Of a stretch of DNA of 64,000 nucleotides, positions 1 through 13,822 are shown in pieces. Under the pieces are notes generated by a model, which had not been told where the DNA came from, did not search any database, and saw nothing but the letters and a program-made list of their open reading frames with translations. Every line of letters starts with the position of its first letter. Position 1 is the stretch's first letter. Made by a program: the position numbers and the translations under genes. Origin of the DNA: Setoptus koraiensis (lineage: Eukaryota; Animalia; Arthropoda); assembly GCA_048013815.1 (NCBI GenBank), contig CM106585.1, forward strand, positions 22,630,001 through 22,694,000, written 5' to 3'.

Positions 1-589
1 CAAACAAATGGATTGTTATTGGACAGTGGCTTTTGATTTTGGGCCTGTCACCAGTGGCTGTCAGTGTGAGTGTCATTGTTGTAGTGTGACAATGTTACAC
101 TTATACCGACACTCACACTAACACTCACACTGTCACTTGTACGAGTTTGACAAGTATAAGTATAAGTGCAAGTACGAGTGTGAGTGCCAGCCGTTGATTA
201 ACACTTGTCGCTGGCGCAACAATCGCGCAACAATCGCACAACAATTGCGCAACAACTAGACAGAGCAACTGACAATCGCGTAACCTGATTATGATTTGAT
301 TAAACAAGAACACGTGTCAACAACACCACCACTGACCAATTCACCACAAGTGGTCAGTTGAGTGGCCAAACTGCACAAACAAACCACTGTGCACCATTGT
401 CAATTGGTCAGTGGCACAATGCTGTCTCAAGCAGATTGGTCAGTCGGTTTTGTCTTGTCTTGTCACATTTATATATATCGTGTGACCATTGGGTGAGCCA
501 ACCAACAAAATTAAACACACACTCACGCAGCAATTGTATCAAGTGTTTGTTTGCCCATTAGCTTAAGTGACTTTGGTTTGTCGCTCGCT

Positions 590-663
590 GGTTGTTGCTT
601 GTTGGTTGTTGCTTGTTGGTTGTTGCTTGTTGGTTGTTGCTTGCTGGTTGTTGCTTGTTGGTT
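590..663. repeat. 14-bp minisatellite (ggttgttgcttgtt) x~5
   Basis: Tandem units read directly. Confidence 0.9.
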
Positions 664-3600
664 TGTCCGTCTTTGGCTCGTCTGTCGCCAGTGTCTCGGT
701 TGGTGTCAGTTGTCCGTGCTGCGCCATATCGCACCGCAACACAGCAAACAAGAAGCGAGCACAAATCAGCAGACAATCAACAACAATGAGCGAAAAGCAA
801 CAACGTGCTTTCATTAGTTTCATTCGGTGTCCACTTTTGGTTGGCCAGTCAGTGGCCAGTAGTGACGGCACTTGACGGACAACAATTGAAATAATTGTTG
901 TTCTTTGTCTCTCTGCTGCTGGCTGCTTGCTGCTGTCACAAATATACTCACTGAATAACAACACGAGAACTTGTTATGACTTATAACTTATAATTCCTAT
1001 GACAACTGGACACAACTTGACAACGTTGCGCCGGCACTTTGCAAACAAACAAATGGCCGAACGTTCGAAATGCCGCTGCAAAATGCTGCAAGTGACTCGC
1101 GAATCAGCAACGAATCGCATCTGAGACGATGATTCTTTTCTTCTCTACACTCGTCTCCATATGCCACTTCTCGACACTGTCGTCCATACTTTTGCTGGCG
1201 CAAACTACTCAAACTCGTTGCATCTTCACCAATCTTCGCACAACACATACTACACATATAACATAATCTAATAAATATCTTGTCTAGGTGCTTTATTGTA
1301 TTGCACGGGTATTGTTGTCCACAAGCACCGGCTAACAACATTGTGACAGCCTGTCCACTGGACATCGCCGGCCACTCAACATGCTGGCGTTTTGGTCAGC
1401 GCACATACACAAACCAATACAAACAATAACGCGGCCAATGTGTAAATCACATACATTATGTTTGCAATAATGAATTATGTAATAATAACAACGAGCGCGT
1501 TGTCTTTGTTCTGGCAGCACAAATAATCACTTGTTTGTTTGTGTTGTTTCTCGCACTGATCATGATTGTCTCTCTGTCTATATGACGACACCACCAGCAA
1601 CAACAACAACAACAACAACAACAATATAATCATAATAATATCTGCCAGTGTCCAAACTGTGAGATGTTGCGCTGGCAGACAACGTCTCGGCATTGTTAGA
1701 CAGTGGCCAATGTGTCAATTACACATTAGCCAGCCAACCAAAAACACGCTTGTTGAATAGCCCACAATTCTCATCATAATGAATGAATCTCCTCTCACTC
1801 CCACTAACTAACTGCCAGTCTGCCCAAGTGGCATATGCTCGCTAGTCAGCTTGTTTGTCAAATGTAATTAATGTGATTTTTGTCGTGTCTTCTCGACTCG
1901 ACAAAAAAAAAAATCATATTTCAACTGGACAGCGGTGTGATTGGCGTGATTTATGTCTGTTTCAAGCGCTTATATAGGGCCAAAATGTGTTATAACTTGC
2001 AAGTTATACACACATTTGAGTTTGCAACAAGCTGAATTGCACATTATTCAATCAATTGTGTGTAATGTTATGTAATATGTGCTGTCAGTGTTAGTGAAAA
2101 TACCAAAAGCAGCAACAGGTGCCAAAGCGTAAGTGAAAGTTAAATGTGTTGTAATGTGATTGGATTGTAGTGTGATTATTATCATTCCGATTATACCAAT
2201 CGCCGGCTGCTGCTGACAAGAAATTGTTAGTTTGAGCTTGTGTTTGAGCTCAAGTTTTAATATTAGTTTTAGCCAACTCATTAGTGGTTTAAATTGTCTA
2301 ATGATGGCACTATAATTACATATCACATTGATCTGTGGCTATGACGTAATGACTAGACATGCCAGCACAGAGACACAATATGTTAGTGCGGTTGTTGTAT
2401 TACTACAACAACTTATCCGATAAGTTGTAGTGTAAGTAGTAATGCATTTGTTGTAGTGGTCAGTGGTGGTGTGTTGTGGTTTGTTAGTCACGTTCTAGTG
2501 GATGTACACAAACACATTAACTATTGATCACTTATCTAGGCCACTGTGCTGTACCGTTGTCGTACAGCGTGGCTTGTTGATTTTCTGACACAATCGTTTG
2601 CCTCATCTACAATTAGTTTGTCCACTTGCTCGATCCGGTTGCTATCATTAGCAAATTGCACGTCTTGTAATTGTTGGCATGTTACTGTTGCCAACAACAG
2701 CATCTCAAATGGTGGCTTCTGTCTATTAATTCAATTTTAAAATTGGTGAACCCTCTATCAAATAGTTGCTTTTGTTGTTGTATTTGCACTTGTCTAGTGC
2801 ACAAATTTCCAATTATTTTGCTCAGATTAATTCTTCAGATTGATCTGACAACATTGTGAGTGAAAGCGGTAATGGTGTCGACAAATGCCATGTCCGTGCC
2901 AATGGCTATCGACAGCACACATGACGAGCCATAGATACAAACGCCATAGACACTGAAGATACAATTGCAACAAGCTCTGACAAGATCGCTGTGAGATGGC
3001 TAGACCAAATCATTAGTTTGGTGCATCATTATTTGTAGCAACAACAACCGACAATGCGACACACAATTATCAATTTGAACAAATCACTATTTGTCAAATC
3101 TGTGTCTCATCTGGCGCTTTAATTGTTGTTACGTTTGTCGCTATCACTCTAGTTATTGGTACCATAATTAACAATCTATTGCCTCAGACTCTTCTGTTTT
3201 GTCTATCAACACCAGCCAGACGACACACCTAGACACTTAGGCCCTAAGTAACAGAGCAAATACAAACAAATGCATCAAGAAACATACACAATACACAGAT
3301 AGAGATACAAGAATGCAAACATAAATGTAAATACAACAAACAACAGATAATCTGACTCAGGCAACTCGCTGCCAGCTAGATTGTATCACTAGACAGCGCC
3401 CAATAATGCAAGCTGGCTAGCTTAGCTTGATACAATTGAGTTGCTTTCTATCGCCACCAGGCGGCTACACAGTAACTAGAGCCATTTATTTTGCTTGCTG
3501 CAATAGCCTGTTACTATTGCGCAGCGTGGGCATTATACAATTATAACAATTGCCACACATTGCAACACCGATCATGCTATTGGTTAGGCGCCCCCTCCAG

Positions 3601-4778
3601 GCCGTTACAGTAAACGTTGTTGGTGTAAGTGTAAGACTTGCACTCATGTCTCGCCTCGCTGTATTTTCGCTGTAGTTCAATGCAAAGTTGTCGTTGTTAT
3701 CGTTGTTCTGATTTGCTATCTCCAGCCGTCTACAGCCCCGTCTAGCCTCGTGCGTGTGTGTGTGTGTGTATTCTAACAAGGGTGTGTGTGTGTGTGTGCG
3801 GCGAGCCTACAAGCGAGCCAAACAATACAACTGCCAGTGCCGCCGTGAGCTGTGATCTATGGGCTGTGATCTATGGGCTTGTGTGAGCTTGCACACACAA
3901 CAATGAACGGGCTTCTCGTTGTTGCGACGGCCGCCAGTTGTTGCCACCATTATGTGTTGCGGCAACAACGCCCACGCATGCGCACCCATTTGGCGCCCCA
4001 AGACGCAGACGCAGTGGACACACACTGACGCACAGCCAGCAGGTGAAATGTTGTTTTGTTTCCCCCTCGCCCCCCAATTCCTCGTGAGGGGCCTCAGACT
4101 GGGACTGGCGGCACAGAGCGGGCATCATTTGTGTTGTGCCAGTAATGACACAGTGGTGAGCACAGTAATCTATCTATTTTGTTTTATAAAAGGCTGTGCG
4201 TGTGCGTAGTATTTTGTGTGCCGCTGCTCAAAAGTCGCAGTGGCGAGCACCTAGTGACTGTTGCGACTCAAAACAGTTAGTCAGTATAGTTTTAGTTTAG
4301 TTAGAGTCAAGTTGATGCGAGTCTAGCTAACAAACTAACTAACATCTTATCATTATCATCGCCTAGCTGAATAGTGCTAATCAAATCAATTGATATTACG
4401 CAACAAGAGTGTGTGTGTTGTTTTGTTTTGTTTTTATATTGACAACAAACAACAGCAACACGAGTTGCATACACGTTGATAACAAGCAACAACACATGAC
4501 AACAACAGTGACAACGAGCGACAAAATAGCAAGCAAATAGTTCTTTCAGTTTTGCACACCAGTGAAACGCCACCATTGCATAATAATAATAATAATAATA
4601 ATATATACGCCATTACATAATATAATAATTCCAAGAGTTATAGCTTATATTTGCGACAAATTGCGACACTTTGCGACTGTGTGCGATAGTTTGCGCGACA
4701 ATCTGCAACAATTCACAATTAAGGCAACGCACAGCAAGTGAGCAAGCGACTCCGTTAGCCGTCGAAATTGTCAAGAAG

Positions 4779-5442
4779 ATGACACTAAAGATTGACACCA
4801 TCATTAGTCACAAACAACAGCAGCAATCTTCAGCTTCGTCCCCATCGTCGTCGTCTACATCATCCAATCACCATCAAAACAACAGCAACAGCCACAGCCA
4901 CAACCACAATCACAACAACAGCCACAATCACAATCATAATCACAATCATAATCACAGCCAACAACACAGCAACAGCAACAACAACAACAACAACAATTAC
5001 ACCAATCACAATCATAATCACCACAATAATCATAATCACAACAATCATCAATATCAACAACAACAACATAATAATCAAACAAACAACAAACTGCCACCAA
5101 TTGCAACAACAGTCACATCAGCTGTAGTTGAGTCTTGTGTGTCTGACACTGCGTTACATTTAGAGCTAGAAGCCAGCACCAATACGGCCGACCTCAACGG
5201 GGTCCAACAACATCAACAACAACAACAACAACAAATAAGTGATCAACAACAACAGCAACAACAACAGTCAGTGGTTAGTAGTGCCAGTGACCACGACAAG
5301 CAAGTTGTGGCTTGCTGCCACGAGGAGCTCGACTCCCATGAGGCCGATTGTGACGACGAGCAAAGTCAGGCCAGTGACTCCAGCAATAACATAAGCAATA
5401 GGAAAATGTTTATAGGAGGCCTGTCTTGGCAAACTGCACCAG
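4779..5442 (+). CDS. msi: Musashi/Rbp6 RNA-binding protein, coding exon 1 (H/N/Q-rich low-complexity N-terminus + start of RRM1)
   Basis: In-frame ATG at 4779 within ORF 4671-5456; ends KMFIGGLSWQTAP (RNP2 of Musashi RRM1) at donor CCAG|GTGAGT (phase 1). The start codon is uncertain. Confidence 0.85.
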
Positions 5443-5579
5443 GTGAGTTCATTTGATAATTTCGACAATTTCGACAATCTATTTACCATATCGAACATTT
5501 TTTAACATTAGCGATTCAATTAATCATGACTTTATTTTTAATCACGTAATCACCATCACCAAACAATCAACGCACATAG

Positions 5580-5661
5580 AGGGACTCAGGGATTATTTTG
5601 GAAAATATGGCGATATCACTGAAGTGATGATCATGAACGACCCAACCACTAGACGATCCAG
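5580..5661 (+). CDS. msi: Musashi exon 2 (82 nt, RRM1)
   Basis: cacatag|AG GGA CTC...; [28 protein letters not shown]; donor AG|GTGAGT, phase 1 to 2. Confidence 0.95.
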
Positions 5662-6647
5662 GTGAGTCACTTATATACTCAAATCAACTGTGATATCAAC
5701 TGTTAGTTAGTCGCACATTAGTCACCTTGCAGCATCTTGTCATAATTGACTCATTAACTAATTGGTAACTCACCAGTAGTTGGCTAATCATCTCAAATGA
5801 GCTGCGGAGTAACGGTTACAGTTTAAATAATACATCTGTGTGTCATGTATAATAAAACTACTGTCATCCGCGACTAACTGAATAATTCACACACAAAATC
5901 TATATCATGTTTTAGCCCTCAACTCAATTATTGCACCTTGAGTAGTGATGCAGTCATCACATGAACGCAACTCACCAAGTTCTATCGAGAAACTTTGTTC
6001 GAACAGCTGACATATAGTGTGAAACATTGCGACTTTGATATGATGAAATCTATGCAAATACTAATTAATTTTACAAACAAACGAATCATGCCAAGACAGA
6101 CCTAAGTGTTGGTGGCTACAATTATGACTCTTAAATTGTGAGCGGTGCAGTTAGTTTGTCAATCACAATTGTACAATTGTGTCCAGTTCATTTATTGGTC
6201 AATAATTGATTTTCGGTCACAAAACAATGAACAGCAGGCAAGCAATTTCATGAATTATAAGTGAACCATCATTTATACAAAATGACAAAGCTACCTAGAT
6301 AAACACAGTCCAAATCGCCTAGAAAGCTATCTAGTCGCCATGACACTAAATGACCATCGACCGTTTCTATATTGACCATTTTGGCCCCAAAACCACCATT
6401 GGGGCCACTAACCGATATCAAGCCAAACTAACTGACACTAACTGATCTATCCAGTGGCCAACTAATGGGTTTTAAGTGAAACTGGCTATTTGAGCTCAGC
6501 TCGGCTCGCCCATTCTAAGTCCGTTTAATCTGTCTATGGAGGTGTGCCGACTAACTAACGACTATCTAACTCCCTATATTATATACATTATATATATTAT
6601 ATATACTATTTGTTATTTTCTATCTGGCTGCTATTTGTTAACACCAG

Positions 6648-6732
6648 GGGCTTCGGTTTTGTGACTTTCGCCGACGCCACCAGTGTAGATAAGGTGCTAG
6701 CTAATGGACCACATGAACTGGATGGTAAAAAG
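6648..6732 (+). CDS. msi: Musashi exon 3 (85 nt, RRM1 RNP1)
   Basis: acaccag|G GGC TTC...; (R)[28 protein letters not shown]; donor AAG|GTGAGT. Confidence 0.95.
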
Positions 6733-7174
6733 GTGAGTAGTTGACCACTATCATAAATGTGTCACCATTTAGTGATTAACCAATGGCCGAAATTGTGCCA
6801 ATGAGCCAGTTGGTTTGAGCTAAGTTGCATCGAGTCACATAGCGACGATTTGTTGGTTGTGGGCATTAATTTTTCAATCAAAACAAGGCAATAAACTGAG
6901 AGCATTGGCATCGAAATTTGCTCATACCGTTTGAAACAGAACTGCAGAGAAAAAGCTATTAGCACTTTGTCATAGTTGCCAAACAGCACGATAATAACGA
7001 TAATACCGACCGCTCACTAAATTTATTTTCATCGCTGTTACCTTATATTATTTTGCTTTTTGATTAAATCACACAACTCATTGGATATTGGATAATATCG
7101 GATACTATAACTGCTGTCACGGCCAAACAAACTGGCCACATCCACAAATAACAAACAATCTAACCCTCTAATAG

Positions 7175-7216
7175 ATTGACCCTAAAATTGCATTTCCCAA
7201 GCGATCACATCCTAAG
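7175..7216 (+). CDS. msi: Musashi exon 4 (42 nt)
   Basis: ctaatag|ATT...; IDPKIAFPKRSHPK; donor AAG|GTAAGT. Confidence 0.95.
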
Positions 7217-9844
7217 GTAAGTGACGTGAAACAAGCAAATATCAAACGTTGATATTATAAAAATAAATTCTGACTCATTTTGGTGCTGCCTTGTCTTTTT
7301 GACCCCTTTACTATATAATAGAGAGTCTGTTATATAGTCTGGCATAGTTATATCGACAACAACAAATCTCTATCGATGACGCAATCACTGTTGCAATAGC
7401 CTGACAAGATGTTTTGTGAGAGGCACAAAAGATGTCAACAAACCACCGCGCAATATCCCGGTACAGATATGGGGCGACAGTGGTTATGTTGAGAGTTATT
7501 GTTTGGTGTTGGCTGCAACTAGACAGTTGCACACACAATCCATTGATACGCAACTTGTAACGAGTTGCAAATGAGTTGTTGTTGCTGAACAGATTTGGTT
7601 GCATTGAGCTTTCATAAATTGCAAAATAAATTTATTTTTCACTAGTGGGCTGGTCAACTAAACTGGTCTAATAAGAATATAATAAGAATAAAATATTTTG
7701 AACGCAAATCGGCGGTGATATTCTGAAAATATTTCGAATATGCGTGAATTTTGACTGACAATTTTGTGAGTGATTCAATGGATTGAGGCTGAATCAATTT
7801 CGCTGATTAGCTGAAGCTGGTGGTTGTCAGTTGTTTGTTGTGTTGTTTTGGCAGCAGCAGCAACAGCATGATTATTGAACAATTATTATTGTGTCATCAT
7901 ATTATTATTCTGTGTATACCAGCGTGTAAAATAATATAAGTATAAGTATAATTAACGATTAAACGTGAAGATCCAGTGAAGATGTCACACTCAATGGAGC
8001 GCATTTTCAGATTGTTTGCTCATTGCGACAATTGACGCTGTTATAAATACAGTTGTTATACAGCAAGATTGAATTGAGCCACTCAATTGACATGTGCGCT
8101 TACCTGGCCTCTGTGTCAGCTGCTAAATGGAGACACGAGAATGGAGACGCGAGAATTGAGACGCGAGAGTGTGAGTTTTAGCTATAGTTGCGGCACGTAA
8201 TAGTTGCGTCATACACGTAACATACAGTCCGGCATGCATTGGGTGGGTGACACAATATTCTTATAAGGTTATGAGAAGGTTATGAGAGCGAGCGGCTCGC
8301 CAGTTGGCAGTTAACAGTTAGGCCCACAGTGAGTTGTTAGTGTTGGCCTAGCGAGAGCCAGTGGGGCCATGATTAGGATGCCACGTGGGCAACGGCACGG
8401 CACAAATGATGAGAGCGACAGAGAATGTAATCACATATTTGAACTGATTTAATCTCTTTCTCGCAGTTCTGGCAGTTGCAATTGGGGCCCCTTTTACAGC
8501 GTTTAGCCTTGCAACTTTTACTTGCAGCCAGCGAGCCAGCGAGCCATAGTTTATAGATGGCACACGGTGCACGTTTGCTGATAGTTGCCTGATAGTCGCA
8601 GTTGCAGTTGCGCTTGTTTCCGTTGATGGAATTAGTTTAATTTCATACTCTATCTCTCGCTGGCCTCTCGCCGCTGCACCAGCCAGCGGCCGCCAGTCGC
8701 CAGGATGAGGCCAAGTCAGTTGCGTCACTCGCCAGTCGCCTGATTGACTGACTAACTGGCTCGCTGACTCGCCGACTCGCTTGCTCGCTGGCAATATATA
8801 TAATATCTGGCCCGCGCTAAGCTCGCCTAAGCATTGTGTGTGTGTGTTGTAACAAGAGTGTGCAGTATATAAACAGACTAAGAAGTTAATAAGATTGCCA
8901 AGAGAATAGAAAGTAGGCAAGCCGAGTTAGCACTGGCCACAACATTGATGCCAGCAGCCAACAATAACGACTTGTCACGGCCCCAGTCACAGTCAGAAAT
9001 TGAGAGATTGCTCAAAGGGTCATAATTATGCCATTGAGTCCGTTGTGTTGACTTTGAAACTTTCACTGCCGCTCGCATATCCTGCCAGATCCGACACAGA
9101 TTATGTGGCCATCATTTGAGCCAATATCCGACCATTCGGCTCTCGCTTGCCGATACTCGCTCGCCGATACTCGCTCGCCGATACTCGCTCGCAGCACTTG
9201 CACACAACACCAAAATGTACACCAAAGACGCACCAAGACATTTCAACACATTGACACATGCACTCGCGGCCGGCCAAGTGACGGGGCTATCTTGTTACAC
9301 GACTACTATTACGTAATACTAGTGATTTACTGGGCCACAATAACCGAAAGCCGGCGTTTTCTACGCTCATGCCAAATCTCTCTCAATGTGCCTATTTAAA
9401 CCCGGATACTCACAAGCCGTTTGAGTTGTATTTGGGTTTTTCCCAAATGCACGGTATATTATATACCTCAAACCCTATCGAAAACCCAATTTTGAGCTTT
9501 TCCGTTTTCAAGGCCCAAAAATACAGTCTGTTCACTGTTCATGGACACTAGTCAGCGAGACGCCGAGCGAGAGTTTTTACATGAATCAAGAATCTATGAT
9601 TTTTTGCCATGTGCACTCTCGTGATGGGCAACGTTTTGAGTGGCGAAGAAGCGAAAAATGCGACCCATAAAAGCCAATGTGAGTATTGTGTTGTCCCCGA
9701 TGATTACATAATTGGTTGGCTGGGCAAGTAAAATGAATACTAGAGAAACATTGTTCTTGTTTGACACACGAAAAGCAAACAAATTCACAGACACAACATT
9801 TCAGTGTTCATCTTTATCGATGGCGCCCTCTCTTGAGGCACAAC

Positions 9845-9910
9845 GAGCCCCTCTCACAGAGCCCCTCTCACAGAGCCCCTCTCACAGAGCCCCTCTCACA
9901 GAGCCCCTCT
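9845..9910. repeat. 14-bp minisatellite (gagcccctctcaca) x~4.7
   Basis: Tandem units read directly. Confidence 0.9.
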
Positions 9911-10586
9911 GTTGTCTTCCGGTTGCGGAGCCACAGTTCGAGAGAACAGTTGACTGGATAATCAATCCATGACTCACTGGCGCCGGGCAAGCAGGCAAGC
10001 AAACAAGTAGCCACAAACAAACCAATGGTAGTCACACCAACAGAGATTGTGTTCTAACCGTTTCTTTTGCTCGCCAAGGAAACTCTCACTGGCAAAACTG
10101 GCAAATATCCGCCGATTGTGTGTGTGTTGGCACAAAAAAGGGCTCAACTCTCTCGCAAGCGGCAAGTCTCTAGATAATTGGCAATTGTTATATTTGATTT
10201 AGATTCAAATCTCACTGTGTGTGTTGTCAATCAGTGGGGCCAACACAGTAACACAGTTCACGTAACGTGTTGTTGCTGTCAGACAACAACAAAGTCACTT
10301 GTTTGAGCTGGCTAAAAAGAACTACAAACAAACAAATGATATGTGACTCGTTTCAATGCATTCAATCTCTACTCATGCCTCACATCCGTGCCCCATGAGT
10401 GTGCACTATGGATTGTGCACTGTGCACTGTGCTGTGCCACGAGCATTATCCAATATGCGCTCGCAAAACAAGTGCACACAGGTGATCTGCGCACATTGAG
10501 AGTCTCGCTGGCTCATGGTCGGCTATTGGCGGCCATTGTGGGCCATTGTGAGCCGCTGTGGGCCGCTGTGGGGGCCAGCCGACAGT

Positions 10587-10676
10587 CGACAGCCAACAAC
10601 CGACAGCCAACAACCGACAGCCAACAACCGACAGCCAACAACCGACAGCCAACAACCGACAGCCAACAACCGACAG
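10587..10676. repeat. 14-bp minisatellite (cgacagccaacaac) x~6.4
   Basis: Tandem units read directly; the core is shared with 17807-17869. Confidence 0.9.
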
Positions 10677-12669
10677 GCAACAGCAAGAGTTAGCTAGCAG
10701 AAAAGAATAATAAGAGACGAGTTAAATGGACCGAGATCAATTGCATCAGCACTAATCTGATTAGGCACGTTTATTGGTACTTGGCGCTACCTGTGCGCGT
10801 GCAGCCGACGCGTGCAGCACGCGCACAACAACAATTGAGCGAGTGGGCAAGATGGCGCAAGATTGCATTATTGCATTATTGCTCTGGCATGAGTGACTAA
10901 ACTAAATCTAAACTGACCAACAGCTCATAAGAGCCAACAAACAAACAAACAAACGAATGCGCAATAACGACACTGGGTCACAATTGATGCAACTGGCACT
11001 TGTCTCACGAGTTTGTTGTTTGATTGAGCTAATCAAATTTTACTGTCCACTCGTTCTGTTCGGCGCACAGTGGCCAGTATCGCTGCCAGCATCGTTGCCA
11101 GCATCAGTGGCAGTTACGCAACACCCACCGGGCAACACTGTCGGCAGTGATGTTGTTGTTGATGTTGTTGGTGTTGGTGTTGGTGTTGGCGCGAAGAAGC
11201 GCGAAGAAGCGCGAAGAAGTGAGAAGAAACAAGCGAACAATCACGACGACAAGGACAACGCGCCCAAACGACGCCACTGACCATATAACACGAACAAGCG
11301 ATGATAGAGAAATTAATTAAACTTATGCTCTCTTCAAATGCTGCGCTGCTCCGTCCGGCGCCACTCCGTTTATCCGTTTATCCGTTCATCCGCTCGCCGG
11401 GCTAGCTGCTGGCTGGCGTTTTATTTGTCCGCTTTTTGTATTTGTTCGTGTCTGTCTTGTGTTATAAATGTTCCTTGCACAAACACACACACACTCTGGC
11501 GGCCAGAGTGCAAAGCACACTCTGAGCCAGTTGAGTGGTGCAGTTTTCGTGTTGTGTCCAAATGAAAGTGACAACCATGACAGAGCAATCAATCGTCGCC
11601 AGTTTGTTTGCTGGTTTGGGCCGCTGAAACACCAGCCCGAACCAGCCAAAACCAGCCAGAACTAGCCCGAACTAGCCCAAACCAGCAAAAACACCAAACA
11701 AAACACCGGACAAAACACCGAACAAAACACCAGACAAGACACCAGATTGCTCGTGTGTCTACCTTGCCAATAAGCGCACAAACATACAAACAAATACAAC
11801 AACCAGCCAATGTATTGACCGTTATATGTTATATGTATCCATCTAATACATACACACACCACTAATACAAGTGGCCCGATTAAAACTAATCGTCTCATTT
11901 CGGTGCTGCCAACCACTTAATGTTGTGCCCATTCCCTCACAAGTTGCAAGTTACAACTTGCAATTGTCTAGCTCGCTTCTGACGAGTTGCAAGTTTAATT
12001 TCGGCCAAGCAAGTGATGCAGCAACTATTCTCGATGCTAAATGCAACCGACCACCATCTTACCGCTTCTTTTTACCGGTATTATGCTCCATGTTGTTGCG
12101 TCCAAAACAACTCTGCCGGACACTTGGAAATTTTGCCTCATTTTGCACTGATTGTGGGCTCCACTCACTATCGCAACACAATATTTTCTCTCACATTTCG
12201 GTCTGAAATATCCTTCATTAAAACTGTCTTTCGACCATCAGTGTGCTCTCTATTATCCATTTCGTCCGCTTCGATCAGCCTGATTTCGTTTGTGAGCTCG
12301 CCGGTGCAATTAACGACAAATCAAAAATGCCCCAGGCGATCACCGTAAAACACGGCGTGTCATGCCGCTCTCAGATGACAATCGAGCAGCACCAACAATC
12401 GACAGTCACCAGTAATTATGCCATCGCTAGTGAATACCTTATACCTCCGGCATACACTAATCATTCATTTCAAATTATTATTATTATTATTCATGACTTT
12501 AACTCACAATACAACTGAAATACCCAAAAATATTGCGCAATATCCCCGGTGGTTGCTGGTGGCCAATTGGACTCAATTAAAACTCATGACACAAAACAAT
12601 CAACATTCGCCCACTGTGCACCCTATGCGACATTGACTTGGAATCACATTGAACTAACCTGAATTGTAG

Positions 12670-12762
12670 ATGGTGACGCGCACGAAAAAGGTTTTCGTAG
12701 GCGGATTATCCGCGCCAACAACATTAGACGATGTTAGAAGCTATTTTCAACAATTTGGCTCG
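12670..12762 (+). CDS. msi: Musashi exon 5 (93 nt, RRM2 RNP2)
   Basis: ttgtag|ATG...; [31 protein letters not shown]; donor TCG|GTGAGT. Confidence 0.95.
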
Positions 12763-13125
12763 GTGAGTAATCGCAACTGATCATGTTGTGAATCATTTGT
12801 TGTCATGCTTGAGAGCGACCAGATGAAGTGGCACTGCAATTCGAATTCTGTCGGGGGCCCGTCGGTTGCGGTAACTATATCCAATTATAACAAAGCAGCC
12901 AGCTAACAATCTTTGTGTTTGCTTGTTCTTAAATCTCGCATATTATATTTACACGCCATTATTATGTAACCGTGTATTACCAACCGTTGAACGATGGTTC
13001 GGCTGCAACGACAATGATTTGCGATGATGGCACAATAATTGTGCCTGTTGTGCCATCGCAACAATAACAATAAATACATGCCATTATTTTATGCCGACAC
13101 TAATGGACTGACTAAATTGGTTTAG

Positions 13126-13174
13126 ATTGAGGACGCTATGCTCATGTTTGATAAGCAAACGAATCGACATCGTG
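13126..13174 (+). CDS. msi: Musashi exon 6 (49 nt)
   Basis: gtttag|ATT...; IEDAMLMFDKQTNRHRG; donor G|GTAAGT, followed by an 18,561-nt intron. Confidence 0.95.
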
Positions 13175-13822
13175 GTAAGTACACAGTCAGTAGTGTGTTT
13201 GAATTGCTCGTCTCTCGTACCGTTGCTCTCGACCGCAAAAGGGAAGTATGCTGAACGTAACGGCCGTTACGTAACATTTAAAGGTGAACGTGCCTTTAAA
13301 TGTACCGTTATATGCACCGTTACGTGTAACGGTGGCACACTGGCAACTGTGTGAGTGTGTATACGTGCAGTGCACGTGGTCGCCGGAATTGGCGTGGGAC
13401 AGTGGCCACAACAGCGCACACACACACAAACTGCAACTTGTCTTGTGCGCCCACAAGCATAGATAAGCGGCCTACCTGAGTTGTGTGACAAGTTGTTGTG
13501 AATGGATCAACAACAACAACGGCAGCAACAACAACAACGGCAGCAACAACAACAGCAACAGCAAACAAGTTTGATAGTTAAGTTGTGCGTGAACGAGCAC
13601 AGCTAATATAATAATATCTCTCGAGCTCGAGAAGGTTGCTCGCTTATTATTGGCACTCTTCAATCCACACACTGCAAGCAAGGTGACGCAATAACCACTT
13701 GTCACACGACTCTGTTGTCCGCATTACATATTTATAAATTGCACGACAGGCCGCATACGATGTGTGACAACAAGCTATACCAATGCCACTAGTAGTATTA
13801 TATCCCGCTCCGGTGGTTTAAC

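Noticed and set aside
997-1365. Cys-rich minus-strand ORF with DKIFIRLCYMCSMC, superficially like CHH/ITP neuropeptides
   Set aside because: Later Cys spacing (x22, x8, x9) does not fit the CHH C-x12-C-x3-C-x8-C pattern, there is no in-frame signal peptide, and the Cys cluster comes from TG-rich low-complexity DNA.
2538-2730. Minus-strand frame containing a Walker-B-like VDKLIVDEA
   Set aside because: Only ~65 open codons, with no Walker A or other helicase motif in a joinable frame. At best an unrecognisable relic.
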